A stretch of 64,000 nt of DNA. It comes from Selaginella moellendorffii. Taxonomy: Eukaryota; Plantae; Lycopodiophyta. A program made the translations under genes and the position numbers. Below the pieces are notes generated by a model. The model did not search any database and was not told the origin of the DNA. It was given only the letters and a program-made list of their open reading frames with translations. Positions 47,420 to 60,349 of the stretch are shown here, piece after piece (position 1 is the first letter of the stretch; every line of letters begins with the position of its first letter). Where the stretch lies: contig NW_003314278.1 in NCBI RefSeq assembly GCF_000143415.4, forward strand, positions 1,562,362 through 1,626,361. The letters are read 5' to 3'.

Positions 47420-50284
47420 TCATCGGGCTTTCACCATCAATAAATAGGCTGCTGAAACATCTCGATCATCACCAAGCTCCAGCAGTGACTCGAACGCTAG
47501 CTGCCCGATGCTCGAGTTTTTCCACTTGCCACAAGCACCTAGCACAGTCCTCCAAGTCAGTGAACTCGGCTCAAAAGGCATCCTTCTCACCATGGCAACA
47601 GCCTCATCCAGCCGGTTGGCTCGGCCGAGAAGATCAACCACGCAGTGGTAGTGATCAATGTCGGGTTTTACACCATACTTGGACATCATTTCCTCAAAGT
47701 AGCGAGTGCCTCGCTCGACAAGGCCAGCATGACTGCATGCCGTCAAAACTGAGACAAAAGTAATACCATCAACTCCAAGAGCTTCGTCTTGCATCCTGTG
47801 AAAGAGACCGAGAACCTCGTCAGAATCCCCTTGACGAGCGTAAGATGCTAACAGAGCGTTCCAGCTTACCATGTCTTCTCCGGGGGTAGAGTCAAAGACC
47901 AGCCGAGAATTAATCGTGCTTCCACACTTGCCATACAAATCCACCAAGCAAGCAGCTACAACTTCATCGTTTTCATCCCCAGCTCTGCAAATTTCTCTGT
48001 GGAGCCTTCTCCCTGTTTCCAAATCCACCTGATTGCTACAGGCCTTAAGAGCAGCGGCGAAAGTTTGCGCATCAGCTGAGTAGAGCTTCTCGTTTTCCTG
48101 GAGCTCAAGGTATAACTTGAGAGCAAATTCTTCCTTACAATTCTCGGCATAACCGAGAATTAACGTGTTCCAGGAGACGAGATCATGGCACGGCATCCTG
48201 TCGAAGACCATTCTGGCATCGAGCATATTTCCACACCGCGCATATAACTCCACCAGGGTGCTGCTAACAAAAAAGTCTACCTCCCAGCACCCGGCTGCTG
48301 CTTGAGAATGGATAGCCATGCCTCTGTCTAGAGCTCGTAGCTTCACAGCCTTTCCATCGTCGACATGCTTCCCTGGCTCTCCTACTGCAAGAGCAATGCA
48401 TGCGTTCAATGCAGCAACATAAGACTGCGCGTCGGGCTCAACTCCCATGACTGAGAAAAGTTCCAGGGCCAGTTCTTCGTTCCCGTTCTCCACGCAGCCG
48501 GCCATCAAAACAGTCCACGAAACCACGCTGTGAGAAGACATCCTGTCGAATGCCCTGCGTGAATCTTCCGAGCTCCCACACTTTGCATAAGTGTCCACGA
48601 GCGTGTTGTCGAAGAAGATGCTCGAGTCCAAGGAGTACCTCAAAGCTTGCGAGTGAACCATCATCGTTTTCTCAAGAGCCTTCAGCTTGCTGCCTGGTAG
48701 ACAATTCTCGGCTAGTCTCCCACAAGCTCTGATTGCAGCAATGAAAACCCCCGAGTCTGGCTCGCAACCTTTCGGCTTCATGAACTCGAAAACTTCCAGA
48801 GCCCGGCTTTCTTCTCCATTCTCAGCATAAGCCAGGATCAAAGTAGTCCACGCCACAACATCAGGATAACTCATCTCCTCGTAGGCTCTCCATGCATCAA
48901 CCAAGCTTCCACACTGAGAATACATCTCGACCAAAGCAGATCCCAGGAATGCATCCCTGTCACAGCGCCCCGCTAAGCCATGAACTTCACGGCCCTTCTC
49001 CAAAGACCTCACCTTCACCAGCTTTCCATCAAGTTTCCTCGCCTGTTCTTTGGCTGCCAAGTTGCTACAAGCCTTCGTTGCAGCAACAAACGTTCGAGAA
49101 TCGAGCTCGCAGAAACCATCCATAGACTTGAAAACAGCAAGAGCCAAATCTTCCTCATCGTTTTCCACATAGCCGAGGATGAGTGAGTTCCACGATACCA
49201 CATTGCTGGAGTCCATCTTGTCAAATATCATGCGTGCATCCAGCAGGCTACCACACTTCCCATACATGTCCACAAGGCTGGTTGCCAGAAAACTCTCCGA
49301 GATCCAGCCAGTCTTGACGGCTTCACAGTGAACCGACATTCCTTTCTCCAGAGAAGCTAGTTTGACGAGTTTTGTGCCAGCGACGATCTTTCCCTCTTCT
49401 TTCAAAGCCAGACTCGTGCAGGCCTTCACAGCCACTGACAACGTTCGAGCATTTGGAGCGCACCGCGCGTTCTCTTTCATGGACGCCAGAAGTTCCAGTG
49501 CCAGATCTTCCTCTTCGTTCTCGACATATCCCAGCATCAAAACTGTCCAGGCCACGACGTCCGGCGAGCTCATCCTGTCAAAGACTGCCTTCGCATCGAC
49601 CAAGCTCCCACACTTCGCATACATCTCCACCAGGCTGCTACAAACGAAAGCATCCCCCTCGAATCCAGTGCTCGCTGCTTGCAAGTGAAGAGCCCTGCCC
49701 CTCTCCAGACTTTTCACCTTCCAAATCTTTCCATGGAGTTCTCGATATCTTTCTCTCGACGCCAGCCCCGCGCACGCCTTGAGAACAGCAGTGAAAGTCC
49801 GCTCGTTTGGAGCACAGCCTTCCTGTTGCATGGTAGAAAAGAGAGTGAATGCCAAATCAATTTCCCCATTCTCGGCATACCCGGCAATCATAGTAGTCCA
49901 CGAGACAACGTCGCGAATCGTTGGCATGGCATCAAACACGGCCCTCGCGAGCGCCATGCTTCCACACTTCGCATACATATTAATCAGGCTGCTGGCCACA
50001 CGAATGCTGCAAGAATCATGCCTGGATTCGATGGCATGAGCGTGGATAATCGTCCCGGCCTCTAAATCTCTCAAGCTGCTGCACGCTTTCAGTGCGAAAA
50101 TCACAACAGGGACCACATCCGGCTCCTCGTGACCCACACGCTACAAGAAGATCATGAAGCACGCATCATCGAGGGAGAAAATCAAACTTACAGCTTCTTT
50201 CTCTTGGAGCGCCATCGCGAAGAGCGAATGTGGATGCCGAGAGACCCGGATCTGAAAGAGAGATCGATCACAGCGTCGCAGCAT
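47420..50284 (-). CDS. Long PLS PPR (P-L-S triplets with elongated L motifs, E-type); in-frame TAG near the 5' end, so possibly a young pseudogene
   Basis: 905-codon PPR frame preceded in the same frame by ORF 50141..50335, separated only by TAG at 50143..50141 (FL*RVGHEEPD). Start position approximate. Confidence 0.8.
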
Positions 50285-50376
50285 GCCATAATTCTGCCAG
50301 GATTCTTCGAGTTTTTGGAGCCCTAAATCTTTCACCTGTTATTTATCAGTTAGCGGATTTAATATAGGGTTCTAAG

Positions 50377-51741
50377 ATGTCTAGGCTCGTTCTCGGTTGG
50401 TTTTGCGTTGTTGCTTTGGGAGCGTCACTACTTTTGCTATCACTTACTGAATCAAATCCACCAGTGCAGCAGAGAGCACGAATTCACAATTGTCACTTCT
50501 TGGGTAACCAAACATGTCCCTCTTATTTCAACTGGATAGAACATGATCTTGCACCATGGAAGGGTGGAATAACTAGGAAAGCTCTTGAAGCTGGCAAGGA
50601 GAAGGCTTATTTTAGGGTGATCATTCTGGGTGGTAAGCTATACACTCAGACATACAAGCAGTGCTTTCAAACCAGGGCTGAATACACACTCAAGGGATTG
50701 GCAATGTTGTTGAATGAGTTCCCTGGAATGGTTCCTGATGTGGATATTATGTTTAATTGCCAAGACCATCCTCTCGTTCCCAGATGGCGTTACCTCTTCA
50801 CATCACCTCCCCCTGTTTTTGGGTATTGCACAACAAGAAATCGGCATTATGATATTGTCTTTCCAGATTGGTCTATATGGGGATGGTAAATTCTCTAGTT
50901 TAATAATGTTTTTTTGTTAATTTTCTTTGCAGGCCAGAAGTAAATATCCCTCCTTGGAGCATTGAGAGTGAAAGAATCTTTACGGAAGCCGAAAAGATTG
51001 ATTGGTTTAGAAGAAAACCTATTGCATATTGGAGAGGAAATACGCAAATGGGACTAATAAGGTCTAATCTGGTTAAGTGCAACTCTACAAATATACTAAT
51101 TCAACATCAGGTATATAAATCTATAATTATCAACTTATTATATTGATTTGTTTTTTCAGGATTGGATTACAGAAGAAAAAGCCAATTTCACCAATTCTGA
51201 TTTGTCTAACCAGTGTTTCTCAAGGTAAGATTTATTTATGTGTAACAGTTAACTTATATGAATTCTAGATATAAAATCTATGCCGAAGGCAATGCTTGGT
51301 CAGTGAGTTTGAAGTATATATTGTCATGTGGATCAACAATGTTAAGGATTGAACCATATTATTGGGATTTCTTCTCAAGGTCTTTACTTCCACATGTTCA
51401 TTTTCTACCAATTACTAGAGAAAATATTTGTGATTCTATTCAAGAAGCCATACAATGGAGTAATTCAAATATCTATGAGGTTGGTTTTTTTAATATAATT
51501 GTATTTAATTTTAACAAATTCCTTTACTTAAAAGGCTGCTATGGTTGGAAAATGTGCTCAGAATTTTTTGAAAGAACAACTCTCAACAGATTATGTATAT
51601 CAATATATGCTACATATACTTCAAAGGTATGCAAAATTACAAAAGTTTAAACCAGTATTAGTACCAGGAATGAAATATACTCATTCATATATACCTATGA
51701 ATGAAAATAATCAAAAGAAAATATTATGTTCTATTTCATGA
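50377..51741 (+). CDS. Glycosyltransferase family 90 (CAP10/Rumi-like), multi-exon
   Basis: N-terminal TM anchor, CPSYF.WIEHDLAPW, CFQTR, VPDVDIMFNCQDHP, DIVFPDWSIWGW|PEVNI, AYWRGN, YKIYAEGNAWSVSLKYILSC, VYQYMLHIL..YAKL. 3' end uncertain. Confidence 0.88.
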
Positions 51742-52169
51742 ATAAGAAGAACTTAAATATACATATTTAGAACTATAAAAGTAACCGCAGATGGTGAGCG
51801 AGGAAACGTGTCGCTCTGGCGCCCACAACCAAACCACATCCACTACAAAGGACAAGGTGAGGAATCCAGCACTCGCGTCCATCCACAAGCAAGCAGGGCA
51901 ATGCCAGCTGAAACAGGACCATCCACTACAAGGGACAGGCAGACAACATCGATGCTGACGAAATTGGATGACAAATAGACCAATTGTCACACTTGCATAC
52001 TTGAATCCATTGGTGTCATGCTTCTTGGTGGAAACCTTGTAAACAAGTAACATGAATGAATGAATGAATTTAGAGGTAAAAAAACATAACAAAAAAGGAC
52101 AATTGGATCAGGACATAATGATGATTCGAGACCGTTGGACTTTAACATATCCTGCTTTTATAGCTCCAA

Positions 52170-54335
52170 TCCGGAAACTCTCCAGGTGAAATCTTGTGGA
52201 TTTGATCTATGACCATGCACTAGGCGCGCATTTTCGAGCACGGCTGCGATGTAATATTGATTGCCAAGGAGAGGAATGGAGAAGGTTTGGCGTCACCATC
52301 AGGCGGCTCTGGAGAACTACATCACCCCAGAGCATATGACGTACTAACATTATTGACAAATACGTGATAGATAGAAATGGTTGTTTGAGTGTGGCTCAAC
52401 TGTTTTTTTCAGGCTTGGATTGAAAAAGCAAAAGCTAAAAGCTGAAACTACTTGCCAAGGACGGAAGAACACCGTGAGTTTGCCAGCCTCTTCAAGCAAA
52501 CGTCCTGATAGAAAAGGACTCATTTGTTTGCTTTTGGTGCTTGTCGTCTTACCACGCCGTCTTCTAGAGAAAGGTGCTCTCAACGATTTTTATGTGAACG
52601 TGATAGTGACGGCAAATTGATCTTTTCAATGGCCGAGACAATGAAGTTGCAAAGAGTTGTAGAGATTCTAGCAAGAAGAACTCCCATCTTACTTGGAGAG
52701 CCTAGTGTTGGCAAGACAGCGATTGCTGAAGGCCTTGCCATAGAAATGTTCCAGAGTTTCTCACGGTGAGTGGATTTTTGTAAATTGTGGTGAAGTTTAC
52801 ATGTTTCTGCTGGCACATACAGGAGAACCGAGCGCTGTCTCTGGATATGGAATTGTTTGCTGGAGCTAGAGAGCGTGGTGAATTGAGCAGCAGGTAAAGT
52901 TGTTTTTTGGTTTGTTTATACTTAGAATGATATATCTAATAATGCTTGATATCACAAGGCAACGTTATACTTCTAGAGACGAAGTCCATACGCTCGTTGG
53001 CTCAGGCTTTGTTGGCGGAAGAGGTGGAAATAAAGGGGCAGGCTTGGACATTGTGAATTTATTGAAGCCTGCATTAGCGAGAGGCGAACTTCTGGTAAAG
53101 ATTAAAAAACTTCACTTCTAGGATTATGTTTGCTTAGTCCTTCAGTGTATAGGTTCGACGAGCATAGAAAACACATAAAAAAAATAAGCGAGGAGGTTTC
53201 AACCTGTTCTTGTAAATGAACCTCGTCAGGTTTGTGTTGCTACTTGGTTTATGAAGTCGTTGACTATTTTTCTGGTTTGCAGGAAGACTGTGACGACTCT
53301 TAAAGAATACGTGATATATATGAAGAGTATCACAAATGTAAAATTACACCAGAAGCAGTTGATGCTGCTGTATATTTGTACACCGATGACAGAGCAAGTG
53401 ATTTGATCGACGAGGCTGGCCCATATGATGCATTTAAGCGCAGGAAAGACAAGCGAGCCGGAAAGCTTCCCAAGAAGTACTGACAAGCACTTCGTGTGCT
53501 CGCAAGTGACTTTTTTTTTGGTTTTAACAATTGCCTTTTCAGGCCTTTCTTCCGCAAAGTTCTTCGGAGTATCTTATTGGAAGTGCTGCAAACACGTTAT
53601 AACAGAAGGCTGTATATATCGACCAAGAGTCAATTTCGTTACCAGTTAATGAACAAATGGAAAGGTACTTTTCTTGTTCTTCGTCTGTGAAGCTTTGTTT
53701 TTCGTCTGCAGCTCGAAGATAGTTGGACCACGTCCATGGACGCAGTGAACGTCATATCGCGAGCAGCTCCCAGGGCACAAGTCGGACTCAAGGATTCAGA
53801 TTGGCCGATCGCTACCATGCTCTGTTGTAGGGAAAACGAAGCTTACACAAAAGCTCTATGTGAAAACGCCTGTGAATGCTTTACCTGTGAATCGGGTGAG
53901 GCTCCAAAAGCTTGTTGAAGATGTCTTTCTCGATTTTGTAGAAGAGGATAACAGTGAAGAACCTTGAACGCTGAGAGAGGCTGTTTGCAAGACACTCACC
54001 ATCCGGGAGAACAGATAAGCTTGCTCACGATATATGGCAGCCTCATGTCCAACCTTATCATGGCGTCCTCCTGAAAGAAAAAAAGTCTGTTATGTACATG
54101 CATATGAAAAGAGTTACGGCTCCAACAAAGTGTCTCTTTCAGGAACAATGACATCTAACATTGGCTCCTCGGGGAGTAAGCAGCAAGATCAGGCAAAGGT
54201 GGTGACGAAATAGACGAAGAAGAGACTCTCTCACCTGGTGAATGTCATAAGGAATGAGCATCTTAACCTTTGTTGTAGCCCTCGTTGCAAACCAGCTTCA
54301 CCAGATTGACACCTGGCCAGCAACAATGGCATGGA
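52170..54335 (+). pseudogene. Scrambled, intron-retaining ClpD pseudogene, inverted relative to the parent gene
   Basis: [25 protein letters not shown] and [27 protein letters not shown]. Intron sequences match 35.9-38.2 kb. Many micro-deletions and internal inversions. Confidence 0.92.
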
Positions 54336-54344
54336 TCCAGCACC

Positions 54345-56950
54345 ACAGTGCACTGATATAGGATCTTTGAACACACTCACTTTGAGGCACTCAAGATATT
54401 AAAAGAAACACACTTGTTCAAACAAAAGAACACACATCCACAAATGAATATGAGCACACTCCAATTTAAACCATATTTAAGATGCCTGTAAGTAACAAAA
54501 CACTTTCTACTCTAAAACATACTCCAAGAAACACTATTAGATATAAATCCTTAAGAGGTGGGGTGAAGCCTAGCTTAACCCCTATTGCTCCCACTTTTAT
54601 TCTCCAGCTGATTTTTAGGATCTTAAAATCCTCTTTGCATGTGCTTGTATTGTTTAAACATTGGAAATAGTTAAAGTTTAGTGGGATCTAAATTAACAAA
54701 GTGAAAGAACCATCATAAATGATTCAATGAATCTTTAAGTTGGGGGTTCTATACTCTTTAGAGGATGTGCATGATGTTGAACTATTGACAAATAATAGTT
54801 TGGTGCAAAAGATAAAATAATAATTTATGATGAGATTACTTCAAAAAATATGTTATCGTTTGATGAGAATATCGAACTTCGTTTATGGGTGATAGAGTTA
54901 AGACATAAATCCCTAAGTCCTAAAATAGAGTTAAATGTATGATTGTTAAATGTTGAATGTAACATGTTTGAATTGAAAGCTCTAACTTGAGAAGTTAAAA
55001 GTAAGAATGGAACTCTTAAAGACATACTTGAAAAACAAATATGAAATAATTAATAAATGAGTCTTTAGAAATGAACATAACACATGATTAGTGTCGAGAC
55101 CAAATGTGAGACCACATCTTAGATTGTCTTCAAGATTAAGTCTAAGATTAAGTCCGAAATCAAGTGTAACATATATAGTTTTCATCCTTTATCACCATCG
55201 GATAACCATAAAGTGGAACTTAACCCTTAGATATATAGGCCAAAGGCAATAGAATAGAATCCAAGTTTTAAAGCTTTAGACCATTGAATAAAGGGATAGA
55301 GTAAACTTTTAAGCATATAGCTAAAAAGCAAAAGAATTAAAACATCAAATAACTCTTGAAACTTTTATTAAAAGTTATTTTGTGCTCTAGTTCCTTTGCT
55401 CCTTATTTGAACCAATATAGTTATGAAAGGCTAGTGTATATGAATATTGAGGAATTCAAGGCTAAAGTGAACATAGATAGACAAATAGGATGACTTAGTG
55501 AAGTGTCTAAGAGTCAACTCTAACTACTTCGGGAGATCGAATAATCAATACTCTCAATTTAAATATAGTGTAAGCAATTAAATTTTCTATTCTACTATAG
55601 TCTCATATTTAACCACTTAGAGGAATCTTACTCACAACCTCAATAAGTTTTATTCTTGACTTGGGGATATGCAAGTCTATGAATGGCATTTATGCCACTT
55701 AACTTTTGCATTTGGTCCAAGTGCAAGTTCCACTGATCTTTGGGACTTCCTCACTATGTGACCATGCCTTTGGTTATTATATAAAAACATTTTTGCTCTT
55801 CCTTTCCACAGATTAGAACTTTAGGATGACATTTCGAAATACTGTGGTCCTACATAAGCCTTGTAAGTACTCTCCCCACCATGGTCTTACATGAGCCTCT
55901 TGGACTTTTTTTCGGACACTTTCTTAAACTCTATCTCGAACTTTATCTTAGACTCTTTGACACTTCCATATGTCATAACACTTACCATGTGTCAGTCTTT
56001 TTTGTGTCCTTTTCAAAAGACTTATTTATCGATCGCTTCGTGCTCATTCCTAAAGCACTTCATTTGGAGTTCTATTTTTGCTTTCAACTTTCCAAATTTG
56101 AGTTTTTGGTCCAAATGTGTTATACTCATTGGACTTCACTTTAACCACTGCCATGTGGCACACTTTTAGCTCCACTTTGGGGCCTAGGGATTTGTGTGTC
56201 ACATATGGGTAGCACTACCTATTTAGATACCTTATGTTGCTCATTGAAACCTCACTTATCCATATGGTTAAAACACCCTAATGGCAGAAGGTGGGGAGAG
56301 TACCTATAAAGCTCTCATTGGCTGTGATGTTATCATCCCAAAATCTCTAACAATGGAAAGGGAGAGGAGTGGCCCTTTTATGTAGTAACTAAAGGTATAG
56401 TTACATAGTATAGAAAGTTTTAGAGATTAGTGGGATTTAGTGGTTAGGTTGTTGGGCACTAATCTAGTGTAGTGTTGGTGAGCACTACTAGGGATGAAGA
56501 GGGACTTGGCAGGAATTAAAGAAATGATAATGGGGGATATTGTTCCTTATGTTTTAAGGCATCTTTATAAATGTTAAAAAGTGGTTATAGAATGACTATT
56601 TATAAATGGAAGGTTTAGTCTTGGAGAGATGGGACAGTAGTAAAGGTGGTATTAGATTACCAATGAGATAGTGAGGATGGTATCTTCAACTATCTATAAT
56701 GCAACTAAATACATGGAGCACTTGAATTAAATACTTTGTTAGTGTGGGTTTTGAAATCACCTTTAGAGGCTAGAAAGTTTCTTAAGTTAGAATAAGGATT
56801 TACAAAGGTTGTGAGTGAGACTCTTCTAAGTGGTCAAAGATGTCACTAACTGACTAAAGTAGAATGAAAAATTTAATTTCTTACACACTCCTACTTTTTG
56901 TTAAGATTCAATACAAGAATCAAGGTGATAATAAGATGGCTAATACATTA
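54345..56950. mobile_element. Highly degraded AT-rich retroelement remnants
   Basis: TGTAAGTAAC at 54487 resembles the terminus at 20654. Degenerate 12-bp repeats at ~55090..55165 and ~55900..55960. Inverted pair of gag zinc-knuckle-like remnants. Confidence 0.5.
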
Positions 56951-57289
56951 TCATGATGATGAAGGATGATGAATTCTATCATGCAAGAAAGCCATTTTGC
57001 TTTCTTTCTTTTGTGGCTATTTGTTGTGACATTAAAGTTGTTATTTGCACATCTTTTTTCCATGGACATATTGACTTAAACTTCCTTTATATAAAGCTCA
57101 TTTAGCTTCTTAAGGCTATCATTTGTGGCTAGTTCATGAGGGAGGGGAGAATGATAGGAACCACAAATTTTTTTTAAGAATATTTTATAACATGTGGGAT
57201 TTAAAGCCATCATGCCTTTAGGGTTGGGAAATTTGCCTTCAAAGGTATAAGTTAGTGTGCCTATTATGCAATGCAATAGGATTGTGAAA

Positions 57290-58140
57290 AAGCATGAGTG
57301 ACAAAGTGGGAGGTGAAGAAGATATATTTTCTCACAATGGCTCAGAAGTGTGGGGATGCAAACTCTCTAAAAAGCAGTGGGGAAACCTGGAAAACATCAC
57401 ATCGACTTTCATTTTGGACGAACTCGGCATCTCCATCAAAACAGCACTCCTCATCCCCTTCATGGAAGCCAATCTCTTCCCACTGGAGATCATGCCATGG
57501 CAACATACAATCCAATACCTCTACAAAACTCACTTTACCATATGGCAAGCTCATGGATCAAGCAATTCTTGACTCTCAGTGGCATGACATGGAGACGTTG
57601 ATGCAGAAGTTTGGCATGGATCTCAATGACATTCTCAGCGCACTTGAAGAGGATCTTGAACAATAGTCGAACAAAGCAATGCACACATGGATACATGCCA
57701 GAGAACACTTGACTAAATATCACCTTTATTGCCAGGAGATAAACCCACACAAAACTTTTGGATTGGGCATGGACCAGACACACCATCACCCGGTACCACA
57801 CAAGAATCCACAGCCTCTTGATCGAACTTAGATGCCGTGGACAGGGAGAACTTCCATGACATTTTCAAATCTGCCCAGTCTGCACAGAAGACACAGAGAC
57901 GGTCATGCACACACTCAAGGCTGGCCCTCCCTATGCCGAATTCCACTCCCAACTGGGGCGCTGAAACACATATAATCCTTGAAGACAACCTCATCCCTCG
58001 CCAATTACCTGAAACGCATGGAGCTGTGATGTCAAATGCATATCACACCTGCAGTGGAGGCAACCATAATCAAAGACCTCGAATGGCTGAGGAAAAGAAG
58101 ACGGGTAGGCAGGGCTCGTGAGCAGGAGTATAATAACAAT
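57290..58140 (+). mobile_element. Degenerate non-LTR (LINE-like) retrotransposon fragment
   Basis: GSEVWG..W..LE.I...FI...LG....T......E..LFPL resembles the post-RT thumb region of LINE ORF2. Frames are broken. Confidence 0.5.
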
Positions 58141-58475
58141 GAGACACCATTGACGTGGCAGTATTACATTTTACAAAACTATCAAAATAACATATAGATA
58201 TTTAAGTAGATAGATAGAAAATAAAATCACTTAAGAGTGTACTTACACAAAGGTACTGTAAGACTTCAATAAGATGTCGCCATGGCCATATCATCTGAAG
58301 ATAGAACAAATTAAGTTCCATGGTTCTATCAAAGCGAGAACTTACATTTCCATGAGAACTGTGGCTTGGATTGTGAACGTGACCCATAGTGGCTGCATGA
58401 ACAAATCCAAGACGTCCATCGCATATTATAGATATCTGACGAAAAGCGTCCGTAAATCAAAGAAGCTGCGCATTG

Positions 58476-60295
58476 ATGACCACGCGATCAATTGATCTTC
58501 TCGAGCAGCAAGGCTACCATGCCGATCTCCAGCTCTGCCTCCAGCTCGTCAAATCTTGCAGTCACTCCAGGGATCTCTCGCAAGCAAAGAAGCTCCACTC
58601 CCAGATCCTTGGAACCAAACACTCGCGCAATCGGCACCTGGAGAACCTCCTCATCGAGATGTATGGAAAATGCGGGAGCCTGGAGCGCGCGCGCGCTGTT
58701 CTTGATGATCTGGAGGAGCCAAACATCTTCTCCTGGAATATTTTGCTCACGGCCTACATCGAGCGCGGGCATCTGGAACAAGCCAAGGAGATCTTCGCCA
58801 GCGAGATGCCACAGCACAACACCGTCTCCTGGACCGCGATGCTCACCGCGCATTCCCAGAGCGGGAATTTCCAAGATTCCTGGGGCCTGTTCCAATCGAT
58901 GCCCCGGCGCAACACCATCGCCTGGAACGCGATGATCGCTGCCTGCGGCCACCACGGCCGCGTCGCCCTAGCCCGATTGCTCTTCGACGCCACGCCCGGG
59001 AAGAATATCGCGTCCTGGAATGCGATGCTAACGGCATATTCCCAGAACGGGCACATTCCCGACGCGAGAAGGATCTTCGACTCCGTGCCGTACAGAAGTA
59101 CGGTCACCTGGAACGCAATGTTGACGGCATATGCGGATGCCGGGCACGTGGCGGGCGCAGGGGCGGTGTTCGTTGCGATGCCCGATCGCGACCACGTGTC
59201 TTGGAACACGATGATCCAGGCGTCCGTTATGGCGGGAGAATTTGAGCTAGCGAAAGAGCTCTTCGCGGCAATGCCAGAGAAGGATTTGATCGCGCAGACC
59301 ACCATGATCGTCGTGTGTTCCCAGATTGGGGATCTTGGCCAAGCGAAGCGTGTGTTTGATGCGATGGAGCGGCGAGATATCGTCGCCTGGAATGCAATGC
59401 TTCAATCGTTTGCCAGTGCCGGGGATTTCGATCGAGCCATGGAGCTCTTTGAGAGAATGCCCGAGAGAGATGTGGTGTCGTGGACGGCAATGCTAGTGGC
59501 GTATGCCGAGAAAGGGCTCCTGGATCACGCAAGAGCTCTCTTCGATTCAATGCCTCACAGGAGTCTCGTCGCCTGGAATGCCCTGCTAGCTGCGTATTCC
59601 AGATCTGGGCATTTGGAGGAGGCCGAGAGATTCTTCCATCAAATGCCTTCATGCAATGTGATCTCTTGAACCACACTCTTTCAAGCATATGCCCTAAATG
59701 GGCATCTGGACATGGCGGCTTTAATCTTCGACTCTATGCCCGAAAGGAACACCGTGTCTTGGTCCGTGCTGATCCAAGCATACGCAAGGCACTCGCGTTT
59801 GGATCTAATCGAGCGCGCGTTTTGGCGGCTGGAAGATCAAACAGTGGTAGCCTGGTCATCGATCATTCAGGCATTTGCCCAGAAGGGGCATGGCCAGCAA
59901 GCGCTAAATCTCTTCCGGCTCATGGAGCTAGACGGTGGAGCCTCGCCCGACGAGATCACATTTGTAGGAATCCTCACGGCTTGTGGCCATCTGGGCGATC
60001 TCAAGGAAGCGTTGCGGCAATTCTATTCCGTCACCACAGACAGGAAAAATCTCGCGATCACCGCCGAGCACTACGGCTGCTTGATCGACATTCTTGCTCG
60101 TCTTGGGCATCTGGGCCCGATTTGTTTGAGAGCATGCCCTTCGTCCCGGACCGTGCCGCTCGGATCTCTTTGATCTCCGCTTGCAAACTCCACAAGGATT
60201 CTCGGCGAGCAGTCAAAACCACCGAGCGAGCGATCAAACAGGATCCAGGACACGCTTCTTCATATGTGCTGCTCTCAAACACCTACACCCAGTAG
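58476..60295 (+). pseudogene. PLS PPR pseudogene
   Basis: TGA replaces the conserved Trp (NVIS*TT) at 59667..59669 and the frame continues. A short deletion near 60115 shifts the E region (LFESMPFVPD..LISACKLH..YVLLSN) into another frame. Confidence 0.88.
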
Positions 60296-60349
60296 ATCAT
60301 GAAGTTCTCCGTTAGAAAAGCTTTTGATCGATGTGACAAACCAAAGTAC

